Below the pieces are notes generated by a model that saw only the letters and a program-made list of their open reading frames with translations, was not told the origin of the DNA and ran no database searches. Both the position numbers and the translations under genes were made by a program. Below are positions 29,913 through 41,809 of a stretch of DNA of 64,000 bases, piece by piece. The stretch spans positions 1,568,001 through 1,632,000 of the forward strand of contig OY762911.1 in assembly GCA_963666565.1 (NCBI GenBank), read 5' to 3'. The DNA comes from Thermoanaerobaculia bacterium (lineage in GTDB: Bacteria; Acidobacteriota; Thermoanaerobaculia; Multivoradales; Multivoraceae). How positions within the stretch are numbered: position 1 is the first letter of the stretch; each line of letters starts with the position of its first letter.

Positions 29913-31122
29913 TTGTCACCTCCCCCGACTCGTGAACCTGCCACGCCTTGATCCGGTTGTTGTGGTAGATCGTCGACCGGCCTCTCGCCTCGAGCAGCGC
30001 CGTCAGGGTCGGCTGAACGTAGCCGGTGTCGTCGGTCGCCCGCGACATCAGGACGTGGCGGCCGCCGTCCCACCGCCAAGGAGAGTGGAAGCGCGTGAAC
30101 GCCTTCGCGTGGCGCGGCCCTTCGATCCCGGCGTCGGTCCACGACCGGCCGCCGTCCGTCGAGACCTCTACCCGGGAGATCGTGCCGCGGCCCGACCACG
30201 CCAGGCCGCGGATCTCGAAGAACCCGGGGCGATCCAGCTTCTGCTCGCCCGAAGGCCGGGTGATGACCGACTTCGCGTCCATCACCAGCGTGAACTGGCG
30301 GGCCTTGCCGTCCGGCAGCAGGTCGGTGTACTTCGAGGTCTCGTCGCGGGCCATCGACGGCATGTGGGCGACCTCGATCCGGCGCAGCCACTTGACGCTG
30401 ATGCTGCCTTCGCAGCCCGGCACCAGCAGCCGCAGCGGGTAGCCCTGTTCGGGGCGAACGGCCTCGCCGTTCTGACCGTAGGCGATCATCACGTCCTCGA
30501 GCGCCCGCTCGAGCGGCACGCTGCGGCTCATCAGCCCGGCGTCGGCGCCCTCGGCGATCACCCAGCTCGCCTCCGGCTTGACCCCGACTTCGTCCAGCAG
30601 GTCGGCCAGGAGCACGCCGGTCCACTCGCTGCAACTCGCCAGGCCGTGGCTCAACTGCACGTTCGCCGCGCCGGCCGGCGACCACTCGCGCGCGCTGTTG
30701 CCGGAGCATTCGATGAAGTGGAAACGCGACACCGAGGACATCCGCACGAGGTCGTCCATCGTGAAGACGAGCGGACGGTCGACGAGCCCGTGGATCGTGA
30801 GCCGGTGCGTGTCCGGGTCGATCGCCGGCACGCCCGTGTGGTGGCGCTCGAAGTGAAGCCCGGACGGCGTGACGATGCCCTCCAGGTCGGCGAGCGGCGT
30901 GTTTGAGGACGACGCCGTGGCGTCGGGAGCGCGGCTCCAGCGCTTCGAGTCCTCGAACGGCGAGGGCCGCCCGTAGTCGCTGGGCGTCTCGCCGAGATCC
31001 CGGATGGGGCCCGTCGTCTGCGCGCGGGCCGCGGGATGGAGCGAACTCGCCGCGGCGGCGCCGGCGAGTCCGAGAAAGGCGCGCCGGCTCGGCCGCTGCG
31101 AACCGCGTTTGCGAGTGCTCAT
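29899..31122 (-). CDS. soxC: Molybdopterin sulfite dehydrogenase (SoxC/SorA-like), Tat exported
   Basis: SRRAFL Tat motif, TPSGLHFERHH, FIECSGN, WTGV, EQGYPLRL, VKWLRRI, GLAWSG. Confidence 0.88.
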   Translation of the reverse strand: MSTRKRGSQRPSRRAFLGLAGAAAASSLHPAARAQTTGPIRDLGETPSDYGRPSPFEDSKRWSRAPDATASSSNTPLADLEGIVTPSGLHFERHHTGVPAIDPDTHRLTIHGLVDRPLVFTMDDLVRMSSVSRFHFIECSGNSAREWSPAGAANVQLSHGLASCSEWTGVLLADLLDEVGVKPEASWVIAEGADAGLMSRSVPLERALEDVMIAYGQNGEAVRPEQGYPLRLLVPGCEGSISVKWLRRIEVAHMPSMARDETSKYTDLLPDGKARQFTLVMDAKSVITRPSGEQKLDRPGFFEIRGLAWSGRGTISRVEVSTDGGRSWTDAGIEGPRHAKAFTRFHSPWRWDGGRHVLMSRATDDTGYVQPTLTALLEARGRSTIYHNNRIKAWQVHESGEVTNADA

Positions 31123-31189
31123 CGCTCTCTCCTTCAGGCTGTGCTCGGTGCGCCAAGCCTAGCGGTTGTCCACTGGCTGCACCGAGGCC

Positions 31190-31472
31190 GCACACTGGAT
31201 GCGCCGGCGTCCTCGCCGGCTTCTCTGCGGGAGTTCACACTGGGTGCGCCGGCGTCCCCGCCGGCTTTCCGAAGGAAACGTGCGAGGCCGCAGGCCTCGC
31301 TCCTTTCTCTGCGGCGCTTCAACAAGGAGAGGCCTTCGGCCTCGCGGATTGAAGTCGGCCGCCACCGCTCCGCGGCGTCGCCCGAAGGCCGGCGAGGACG
31401 CCGGCGCACCCAGTCTGTAGCCCCGTCGACGCCGCTCCCAGTGTGTGACGTTCCCGTCGGCGCACCCGGTTT
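31190..31472. repeat. REPIN cluster, family A
   Basis: Two forward cacactggrtgcgccggcgtccycgccggc, then inverted gccggcgaggacgccggcgcacccag and degenerate copies. Confidence 0.85.
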
Positions 31473-31502
31473 GTGGCGGTAGGAGTCGGTAGGCTCGCCG
31501 CC

Positions 31503-32090
31503 GTGTTGGACGTGTGGCCTTGGGACGGGGATCTGAACGAGGCGAGAGCGGCCCTCTCCGTAGGGCGGATCCTCGCGATTCCCACGGAGTCCTCCTACGG
31601 CCTCGCGGTCGACCCTCGTTCCACCGCCGGCGTCGAGGCGATCTACCGGCTCAAGGAGCGCGAACGCGGCAAGCCGCTGCCGGTCGTCGCGGCAGACATC
31701 GAGCAGGCTCTCGGCCTCGGCGTCGAACGGAACGAGGCGATCCGCTTCGCCGGAGCGCACTGGCCGGCGCCGCTGACCGTGGTGGCGCCGCTTCGCTCCG
31801 GCACGTCCATGCCGGCAGCCGCCGGAGGAGACACGCTGGCGGTGCGCGTGCCGGCCCACGACCGGCTCCGGACGCTCCTCCGGGACATCGGCCATCCGCT
31901 CACCGCCACCAGCGCGAACCTGAGCGGCGAGCCTCCCGCGTGCGGTCTGGCGGACCTCGAACCGATCCTCCGCGACGCCGCTACCCTCGTCGTGGGCGGC
32001 GAGCAAACTCCCGGGGGCCCCGCATCCACCGTGGTATCTTGGAGTTCCGCCGGTTTGCGGGTGCTGCGCCGCGGGCGCTTCGAGTTCTGA
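31503..32090 (+). CDS. tsaC: L-threonylcarbamoyladenylate synthase
   Basis: PTESSYGL, LKER..GKPL, WPAPLT, TATSANLSG, PASTVV, LRRG. Confidence 0.92.
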   Translation: MLDVWPWDGDLNEARAALSVGRILAIPTESSYGLAVDPRSTAGVEAIYRLKERERGKPLPVVAADIEQALGLGVERNEAIRFAGAHWPAPLTVVAPLRSGTSMPAAAGGDTLAVRVPAHDRLRTLLRDIGHPLTATSANLSGEPPACGLADLEPILRDAATLVVGGEQTPGGPASTVVSWSSAGLRVLRRGRFEF

Positions 32091-32133
32091 TCCTCGCGGC
32101 CGGCGCAGTCGTCAGGTCCAGGACTCGAAGACC

Positions 32134-34122
32134 GTGAGCCGATCCGCAGCCTCCCACGTCGCGCTCCTTTGCGCCTGGTCGTTGCTCCAGGCGGCGCCGG
32201 CCGAGGCTCAGGAGCCCGTCGCCGCGTCGCGCACCGAAGCGGCGCCGCCCCACGCCCAGGAGGCCGTCGCCGCGTCGCGCACCGAAGCGGCGCCCGCGGT
32301 CGACCTGGACGGCGACGAGATCGGCGTGGACGAAGTCTCGCGCGGCCAGACCGGCTACGGCCTGTCCGTGTTCGCGGGCAGCGAACCGGAGCGCTTCGGC
32401 GTCGAGGTCGTCGGCGTCCTGCGCGAGATGGACCCGGGCACGAGCTTCATCGTCGCCCGGCTCTCCGGCAAGGGCCTGGAGGAGTCCGGCGTCGTGGCCG
32501 GAATGAGCGGCAGCCCGGTCTACATCGACGACCGCCTGGCCGGCGCCGTGGCCTACTCCTGGGCGTTCACAAGCGAAGCTCTGGCGCTCGTTACCCCGAT
32601 CGCCGCGATGCGCCGGTTGAGCGCGCTCGACCCGGGCGAAGCGGCCGGCGGCTCGCTCGGCCTCTCGGCGCCGGCAACGCCCGCGCCGCGAACGCACACA
32701 CCGGGAACGCTCGCGCCGCGAACGCCCACGCCGCGAACGCTTGCGCCGGGGGCGCCTGCGCCGCGAACGCCGGCGCCGTTCGAGCGCTCGGTGCGGCACC
32801 TCCTCGAACCGCCAGAGGACGTGGCCGGCGCCGTCAACGAGATCGTGGCCGAGCAGTTGGGCGGCCTCCTGGCGCCCTCCGACTGGGGCGGCCGCGGCGC
32901 CTCGATCGCCACGACGGGCTTCGGCGAGCCGGTGCGCCGGATGCTCGCCGCCGCTCCCGCCGGCCGCGCCGAGGCCTCCGAAGCGCCGGAACTCGGCGCG
33001 GGCAGCGCGGTCGCGGGCGTCCTGATCGACGGCGACCTCAAGCTCGCCGTCGGCGGCACGGTGACCCGGGTGGAAGACGGCGAGGTGCTCGCCATGGGCC
33101 ATCCCTACCTCGGCGTGGGACCGCTCGGCGTGCCGATGGCGACGGTCGAGGTGGTCGGCGTCGTCCCCCGGCTCAACAGCTCGACCCGGCTGAGCAACAT
33201 CGGCCCGGTGGTCGGCGCGTTCGACCAGGACCGCTTCGCGGGGCTCAGGGGCACGCTCGGCGCGGAGGCGCGCACGATCCCGATGACGATCGACGTCGAG
33301 ACGCCGAACGGCGAGTCCCGCCGCTTCGACCTCCGGCTCGCCGACCTGCCCATCATGCTGCCGTCGCTGGTCGGCATCCCGACCATGCAGGCGCTCGATT
33401 CGGCCTCGTACGGCGGCGGCGAGAGCAGCCTCGACATGACCGGCACGTTGCGGCTGCGAGGCCACGACGACGTGCCGTTGCGCCAGGTCTTCGACGGCTC
33501 GAACCCCGGCACGGGGGCCGCGTTCTACCTCATCTCCCTGGTCGGCGCCTTGGTCAACTCGGACCACGAGGCGGTCGAGATCGAGGGCATCGATCTGACG
33601 CTGAGCCAGAGCCACGCTCCCCGGACGATCGCGATCGAGCGGGCCCAGGCGTCGTCCAGCCGGGTCCGCGCGGGGGACACGGTCCAGGTCGTGTTCGATC
33701 TGCGCCGGCACCGCGGCGACCGCTTCCAGGAGACGCTGGACGTCGTCGTGCCCGAGGACCGGCGCCCCGGCCGCTACTACCTGTTCGTGGGCGACGGCGT
33801 CAGCATCGACGGCGCCCGGCTCCAGCTTCAGCCGAGCAGGGCGTCCTCGCTGGAGGACGAACTGAAGCTGCTGCGGTCGTTCCAGCCGCAGAGCCGCCTG
33901 GCCGCGCTCGGCGTCGTGCCGGCGCGCGGGCTGATCGTCGAGGGTCGGCCGATGCCCGACCTGCCGGCCACCGTGCGGTCGATCTGGCAGGCGTCGCCGC
34001 TGCAGGGGGAGCCGCGAGCCTTGAACCTGACGATCGTCAGCGAGGACGGCCGCGATCTCGGCACGCCGCTCGACGGCCTGTTCCGGATCGACCTCCAGAT
34101 CCTGCCGGGCGCCGCGCCGTGA
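32134..34122 (+). CDS. Secreted SpoIVB/peptidase S55 domain protein
   Basis: Signal peptide, GVVAGMSGSPVY, GAVAY, GTVT, AMGHP, QDR. Confidence 0.85.
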   Translation: MSRSAASHVALLCAWSLLQAAPAEAQEPVAASRTEAAPPHAQEAVAASRTEAAPAVDLDGDEIGVDEVSRGQTGYGLSVFAGSEPERFGVEVVGVLREMDPGTSFIVARLSGKGLEESGVVAGMSGSPVYIDDRLAGAVAYSWAFTSEALALVTPIAAMRRLSALDPGEAAGGSLGLSAPATPAPRTHTPGTLAPRTPTPRTLAPGAPAPRTPAPFERSVRHLLEPPEDVAGAVNEIVAEQLGGLLAPSDWGGRGASIATTGFGEPVRRMLAAAPAGRAEASEAPELGAGSAVAGVLIDGDLKLAVGGTVTRVEDGEVLAMGHPYLGVGPLGVPMATVEVVGVVPRLNSSTRLSNIGPVVGAFDQDRFAGLRGTLGAEARTIPMTIDVETPNGESRRFDLRLADLPIMLPSLVGIPTMQALDSASYGGGESSLDMTGTLRLRGHDDVPLRQVFDGSNPGTGAAFYLISLVGALVNSDHEAVEIEGIDLTLSQSHAPRTIAIERAQASSSRVRAGDTVQVVFDLRRHRGDRFQETLDVVVPEDRRPGRYYLFVGDGVSIDGARLQLQPSRASSLEDELKLLRSFQPQSRLAALGVVPARGLIVEGRPMPDLPATVRSIWQASPLQGEPRALNLTIVSEDGRDLGTPLDGLFRIDLQILPGAAP

Positions 34123-36467
34123 GGGGCCGGCGCCGCACCGTCGCCGTTACTGCGCTGCTGTTCGCCGGCGCCGTGACCGGAACCGCGGCAGCCTCGGAGG
34201 TTCAGATCTGGCGCGCCGACAGTCAGGCCGCCTTCCTTGCCGGCGAACTCGTCGACGTCAGCGTCGATCGCCTTGGCGTTCTGAGGCTGGCGCAGCGCGC
34301 GGAGCAGTTCGCCACCCTCTCGGAACCCTTCCTGTTCTCCTTCGCCGGCGCGAACGGCCGCTTCGCTGCCGGGACCGGCAACTCGGGCAAGGTGCTGGAG
34401 ATCGCTGCCGGAAGCGACGCCGACGCCGGCTCGGTTGCGGAACTCTTCGCGGCCGAGGAGCCGGAGATCTTCGCGGTCTGGGTCGACGGCGACGGCACGG
34501 TGTACGCCGGCTCGTCGCCGGACGGCAAGGTGTACCGCAAGCCCCCGGACGGTGAGGTCGAGGTCGTCTTCGACCCGGAGGCGAAGTACATCTGGGCGCT
34601 CCTGGGCGACGGCGACGGCGGCCTGCTGGTCGGCACCGGCCCGGAGGGCAGGCTGTACCGGGTGGACCTCGCGAACGGCGAGTCCGAGCTGCTCTACGAC
34701 AGCGCGGACCTGCACGTCCGCTCGCTGGCCCGGCGCGCCGACGGCACGCTGTTGGCAGGTACGGCGGGCGAGGGCCTCCTGCTCGAGATCGACGCGGAGG
34801 GAGCGGCGCGCACTCTCTACGACGCGGCCGGACCGGAAGTGCTGGCGATCGTCCCTGGCGAGGACGGCGCCTTCTACGCGACCGCTCTGGCCTCCGAGGC
34901 GAGCTTCGTCGACCTGAGCAGCGCGCGAAGGTCCTCCGCGAGCGGCTCGTCGAGCGGCGCCGCCAGCCGCGCCGGCGGCAACGGCGGCGGCTCGTCGGAA
35001 TCGAGCGACCGGCCGACCCAGGTCACGTCCCAGGCGGGCGCCATCTCGGTCGGCAGCCGCGCCGCCTCGTTCAAGGGACCGCGCTCCGAGGTGCTGCGGA
35101 TCGACGGGAGCGGCTGGGTCGAATCCATCTGGAAGTTCGAGGCCGAGACGGTGTACGCCCTGAGCTACCAGCAGGACAGGCTCTGGGTCGCCACCGGCCA
35201 GGAGGGCAAGCTGTTCAGCTACCAGGACGAGCAGATGGTGTTGGAGAAGGACCTCGACCAGGGCCAGATCGTGGGGTTGGCCGAGGGGCCGGCTGGACCC
35301 GTCTTCGCGAGCACGAATGCGGCGGCCGTCTACGGCTTCGTCGGCGGCGGGGCCGCCGGGCTGGCGGAGCAGGGCACGGTCACCGCAAAGCCGCTCGACG
35401 CGTCGTCGGTGGCGAGCTTCGGCTCGATCCGCTGGCGCGGCCGTGCCGGCGACGGAGTCGAGGTCGCGCTCTCGGCCCGCAGCGGGATGAGCTCGACGCC
35501 GGACGAGACGTGGTCCGCGTGGACCGCAGCCTCCGCGGCGCGCGAGGCGCCGCTCTCCGACCTGCCGCCGGGCCGCTACCTGCAGTGGCGGGCCGAACTT
35601 CGGGGCGGCGGCGACCGGACGCCCGAGGTCGTGGCGGTCGAAGTCACCTACCGCCAGCACAACCGCAAGCCGGAGATCGCGAAGCTGGACGTGCTGCCCG
35701 CGGGCACGATCCTGGTGCCGACGAACTTCAACCCCTCGAACCAGGCCTACGAACCGGCGCACCCGAACCGCGACCGCATCTTCACCGTCGTCGGCGATCC
35801 GGCGCAGACGCAGAAGGGCTCGACGAAGACGCTGTGGAAGCTGGGCTACCGGACCCTGCGCTGGGAGGCCGAAGACCCGAACGAAGACCGTCTCCGCTAC
35901 CGGCTCTCGTTCGCCCGCGAGGCGGCGCTTGCGGCCCGGGAAGGAGCGGCCGGCGCCGCCCCGCCCGCGGTCGCGGGCGCCGCCGAGGACGCGAACGGCG
36001 ACGGAGCGGGCGACTCCGATGGGCTGTGGCTCGAAGTGGCGGACGATCTGAAGGCGACCTTCCTGAGCTTCGACGCCACGGTGCTGCCGGACGGCGTCTA
36101 CCGCTTCCGCGTGGAGGCCAGCGACCGGCTCGACAACGCCGTCGGCGAGGCGCTGGAGGCCGAGCGCGTGTCGGCCGCGGCGGTCGTGGACCACAGCCCG
36201 GCCCGGCTCGTCTCCGCGACCCGCGACGGCGACCGGGTGACGGCGGTGGTGGAGGACGCCTGGAGCCCGCTGCGCGAGGCGGTCGTCAGCAGCGACGCCG
36301 GCGAGTGGCGTTCCGTCCGCGTCGAGGACGGCCTCCTCGACAGCCGGCGCGAGACGCTTTCCATCGCGGCGCCGGCGGGCGCACGGCTGCTGCTCCTGCG
36401 GCTGACCGACGCCGCCCACAACGTGACCACGATCGACCTCTCCGACCAGCTCGGGAGCGGCCAATGA
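34119..36467 (+). CDS. Secreted beta-propeller repeat / FN3-like protein
   Basis: Repeats GTGNSGKV, GSSPDGKVY, GTGPEGRLY, ATGQEGKL; RYLQWR; LPDGVYRFRVEASD; GTGA overlap. Confidence 0.8.
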   Translation: MRGRRRTVAVTALLFAGAVTGTAAASEVQIWRADSQAAFLAGELVDVSVDRLGVLRLAQRAEQFATLSEPFLFSFAGANGRFAAGTGNSGKVLEIAAGSDADAGSVAELFAAEEPEIFAVWVDGDGTVYAGSSPDGKVYRKPPDGEVEVVFDPEAKYIWALLGDGDGGLLVGTGPEGRLYRVDLANGESELLYDSADLHVRSLARRADGTLLAGTAGEGLLLEIDAEGAARTLYDAAGPEVLAIVPGEDGAFYATALASEASFVDLSSARRSSASGSSSGAASRAGGNGGGSSESSDRPTQVTSQAGAISVGSRAASFKGPRSEVLRIDGSGWVESIWKFEAETVYALSYQQDRLWVATGQEGKLFSYQDEQMVLEKDLDQGQIVGLAEGPAGPVFASTNAAAVYGFVGGGAAGLAEQGTVTAKPLDASSVASFGSIRWRGRAGDGVEVALSARSGMSSTPDETWSAWTAASAAREAPLSDLPPGRYLQWRAELRGGGDRTPEVVAVEVTYRQHNRKPEIAKLDVLPAGTILVPTNFNPSNQAYEPAHPNRDRIFTVVGDPAQTQKGSTKTLWKLGYRTLRWEAEDPNEDRLRYRLSFAREAALAAREGAAGAAPPAVAGAAEDANGDGAGDSDGLWLEVADDLKATFLSFDATVLPDGVYRFRVEASDRLDNAVGEALEAERVSAAAVVDHSPARLVSATRDGDRVTAVVEDAWSPLREAVVSSDAGEWRSVRVEDGLLDSRRETLSIAAPAGARLLLLRLTDAAHNVTTIDLSDQLGSGQ

Positions 36468-36556
36468 GCCAGCATGATCGACCTCTCGGGCCCGCTCGGG
36501 AGCGCCCTTGCCAGCATGATCGACCTGTCGGGTCAGTCGGGAGCGCTCCATGAGCC
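36430..36556 (+). repeat. Three imperfect ~40-45 bp tandem copies of the junction upstream of coaD
   Basis: gatcgacct...tcgggagcg...gccagcat repeated at ~36431, 36476 and 36518. Confidence 0.75.
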
Positions 36557-37032
36557 GGCGAATCGGCATCTTCCCCGGTTCCTTCGACCCGGTCCACAAC
36601 GGCCACCTCGACCTGATCGAGCGCGCCCGCCGGCTGTTCGACGTGCTCTACATCGCCGTCCTCTACAACGAGCAAAAGCAGGCCCTGTTCTCGGTCGAGG
36701 AACGAATCGACCTCCTGCGCGACCTGGTCGGCGATTCCGGCGACTGCCGGGTCGAGAGCTTCAGCGGCCTGCTGGTCGACTACGCCCGCGACAAGGGCGC
36801 CGCCGCCGTGGTCCGTGGCCTCCGCTCCGGCGCCGACTTCGACTACGAACTGCCGATGACCCTGATGAACCGCCGCCTCGCCCCCGGCATCGACACGATC
36901 TTCCTGTTGCCCGCGCCTGAGTGGATCTACCTCTCGAGCCGGCTGACAAAGGAAGTCGGCGGCCTCAAGGGCGACCTGACGGGCGCCGTGCCGCCCGCCG
37001 TGCTGGAGGCACTGCGCCGGAAGTTGGACTAA
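36550..37032 (+). CDS. coaD: Pantetheine-phosphate adenylyltransferase
   Basis: FPGSFDPVHNGH, VRGLR...DFDYE, SS..KEV. Confidence 0.97.
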   Translation: MSRRIGIFPGSFDPVHNGHLDLIERARRLFDVLYIAVLYNEQKQALFSVEERIDLLRDLVGDSGDCRVESFSGLLVDYARDKGAAAVVRGLRSGADFDYELPMTLMNRRLAPGIDTIFLLPAPEWIYLSSRLTKEVGGLKGDLTGAVPPAVLEALRRKLD

Positions 37033-37162
37033 GCGCTCACCGGGTGCCTAGCCTAGCGGGTCGAGTACCGTGGTTTGGCGGCTGCCGCTGACCGCACGTT
37101 GGTCCGGATTGAGGTGACTGGCAGCGCCGAGTCAGGTAGCCAAGCTAGCCGCCTAGCCCCAA

Positions 37163-37423
37163 CTAACGGGGCACAATCGGCGGGTACTTGAACTCGGGCA
37201 TTTCGCTGGAATCCAGTGCCTGCACATGGCAACGTCCATCCTCCTGCAGGTGATGGAGAAACCGGACCCGGCCTCGTGAGCGACGTCCTGGATCCGGCAA
37301 CCTAATGATCCGGCCCTTGCACACTTCTAGGTCGCCGGTGCCTTGATACTCGGTCGCGATCTGGGTACCTGTCGCTGGATCGGTAACGGAGATACGGAAG
37401 CGTCCGAACGGCCAAAGTCTCAT
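37163..37423 (-). CDS. Hypothetical protein (86 aa)
   Basis: ATGA-coupled to upstream ORF; lower GC. Confidence 0.5.
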   Translation of the reverse strand: MRLWPFGRFRISVTDPATGTQIATEYQGTGDLEVCKGRIIRLPDPGRRSRGRVRFLHHLQEDGRCHVQALDSSEMPEFKYPPIVPR

Positions 37424-37677
37424 GCCAGTTGATAGAAGGCCACACGGCGGTCATCTCGATGGCGTACCGCGACGAGCCAGACTCCTCCGACTTGGAAGGG
37501 ATATGGACGGTGAAACTCCATGTCTTCCTCGCTGACGACAACTCCGTAGCTTTCCGGGTCGACCCTGATCGGCGCTTCGCTTGACGTGACGAACACGGCA
37601 CTGTCGAATGAGTCGCTGGCCATCGCGAGTTCAGCGGTGTATTCACGACCGAGAGCGGAAACGAGAGAGGCCTTCAT
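37420..37677 (-). CDS. Hypothetical protein (85 aa, MKASLVSALG...)
   Basis: ATGA overlaps at both ends. Confidence 0.6.
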   Translation of the reverse strand: MKASLVSALGREYTAELAMASDSFDSAVFVTSSEAPIRVDPESYGVVVSEEDMEFHRPYPFQVGGVWLVAVRHRDDRRVAFYQLA

Positions 37678-37949
37678 GATGGGTTCTCTTCGTTGACTTC
37701 CACGGTCGCCTCCTTGGGCCGGGGCGCCTTCAGCGCTTGGTCTAGCATGTCGACAACCGCAGCAGCGACCTCTCGGCTTAGCACGAGCTTCGAGATCTGC
37801 TCGACCTTGCCGATGTTCTCTCGCGACAGCACGAATCCGAACATCACGGCCACTAGGTCTCGGCCCACGGGGGTTGCTGTCGCGACGTTGACTGGCTGGA
37901 ACAAGACTTCGTCCTCTCCAGACCAATCGGGTTCACGCTTCTCGGCCAT
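37674..37949 (-). CDS. Hypothetical protein (91 aa), DUF3467-like pattern
   Basis: GAGG RBS; N...V.FG....LVLSRE.A..V...L pattern reminiscent of DUF3467. Confidence 0.6.
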   Translation of the reverse strand: MAEKREPDWSGEDEVLFQPVNVATATPVGRDLVAVMFGFVLSRENIGKVEQISKLVLSREVAAAVVDMLDQALKAPRPKEATVEVNEENPS

Positions 37950-38175
37950 TCTTCATCCTCGATCTCGGTGGTTCATCTCGATAGGACGTGCGGCAGAGGC
38001 ACCGGCAGACTGACGATGAGGCGGAGTCGCGGTCAACGTCGGCTGCCTAGTCAGCCTCATCATCTCTCCAAACAGCGTTGGACACGACGCCGACCCCAAA
38101 CTGGTTCAGTGTAGCGCAGCCTGTCCACTCCTTCTACGCTGGTGGCGCGAAGCCAGGCGGGGTCAACGGATTTCG

Positions 38176-38643
38176 TCAAGGCCTCAACACCCCGCCGCCT
38201 CCGAGACCCTTGCCGCAGTTTGGCGTTGGCACACCCAACGTCCGCCAAGACTCTACTCGCCCCTTCAAGGCGACCTGACGGGCGTCGCGCCGCCGGTCGT
38301 GCTGGAGGCGTTGCGCGTTCGGGACTAGCCAGACTGGGATGCTCAGCCAGTCGGAGGCCTTCCGCCTTGCCGGTGGCTTTACGCTCACCATCGAGGCGGT
38401 AGGGGCTAGCCCGCGCTCAGCGAGTACGTCGTACAGGGTTTCGTGTTCGCAGCAGTCGTCGAAGAAGCCAGTGAGAGCCTCTTCAAGCATTCGATAGGAC
38501 GCCTTCCTGGTGTCGCCGTGGCTCGCGACGTCCAGGGCGGGACAGGTTGCGACCCAGACGTCGTCCTCGCGGTGCGCCTCGACTTGGACGGTCACGGTCC
38601 AGGCGAGACCATGGCTGATCGTCTCCTTGGCTCCTGTCCGCAC
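38176..38643 (-). CDS. HicB-like antitoxin, no HicA adjacent
   Basis: EDDVWVATCPALDVASHGDTRKASYRMLEEAL; AGGAG RBS before GTG 38643. Confidence 0.75.
   Translation of the reverse strand: MRTGAKETISHGLAWTVTVQVEAHREDDVWVATCPALDVASHGDTRKASYRMLEEALTGFFDDCCEHETLYDVLAERGLAPTASMVSVKPPARRKASDWLSIPVWLVPNAQRLQHDRRRDARQVALKGRVESWRTLGVPTPNCGKGLGGGGVLRP
38265..38328 (+). repeat. Degenerate direct copy of the coaD 3' end
   Basis: tcaagg-cgacctgacgggcgtcgcgccgccggtcgtgctggaggcgttgcgc...gactag vs 36965-37032. Confidence 0.9.
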
Positions 38644-38729
38644 GGTCGTTCCACTCCTAGGGGCGTTCTCGGGGGGCGCGGAGTACAGTATCAGGCGGTC
38701 ACCGACTCCGGTGGGCGTACCGCCTACCA

Positions 38730-39788
<1,059 letters not shown>

Positions 39789-39792
39789 CGCG

Positions 39793-41658
<1,866 letters not shown>

Positions 41659-41809
41659 CTTGATTCTGCGGATGGGGGCCGGGCGCTGTCGGGGAGCGGG
41701 TCCGTTCCCGCCGCCGCTACCGCGGGCGGCCCTGCGGGCTCGGTCCGCGGGGATGATCTGGCGGCAGATAGTACCATGACGCTGCCCCGCGCATTGGCGA
41801 GAACTCCAG

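Noticed and set aside
32169-34118. N-terminal half of the 1432-aa ORF
   Set aside because: Shadow frame of the S55 gene; the true start is GTG 34119
37033-38700. Integron cassette array
   Set aside because: No intI and no recognisable attC sites; genes are translationally coupled
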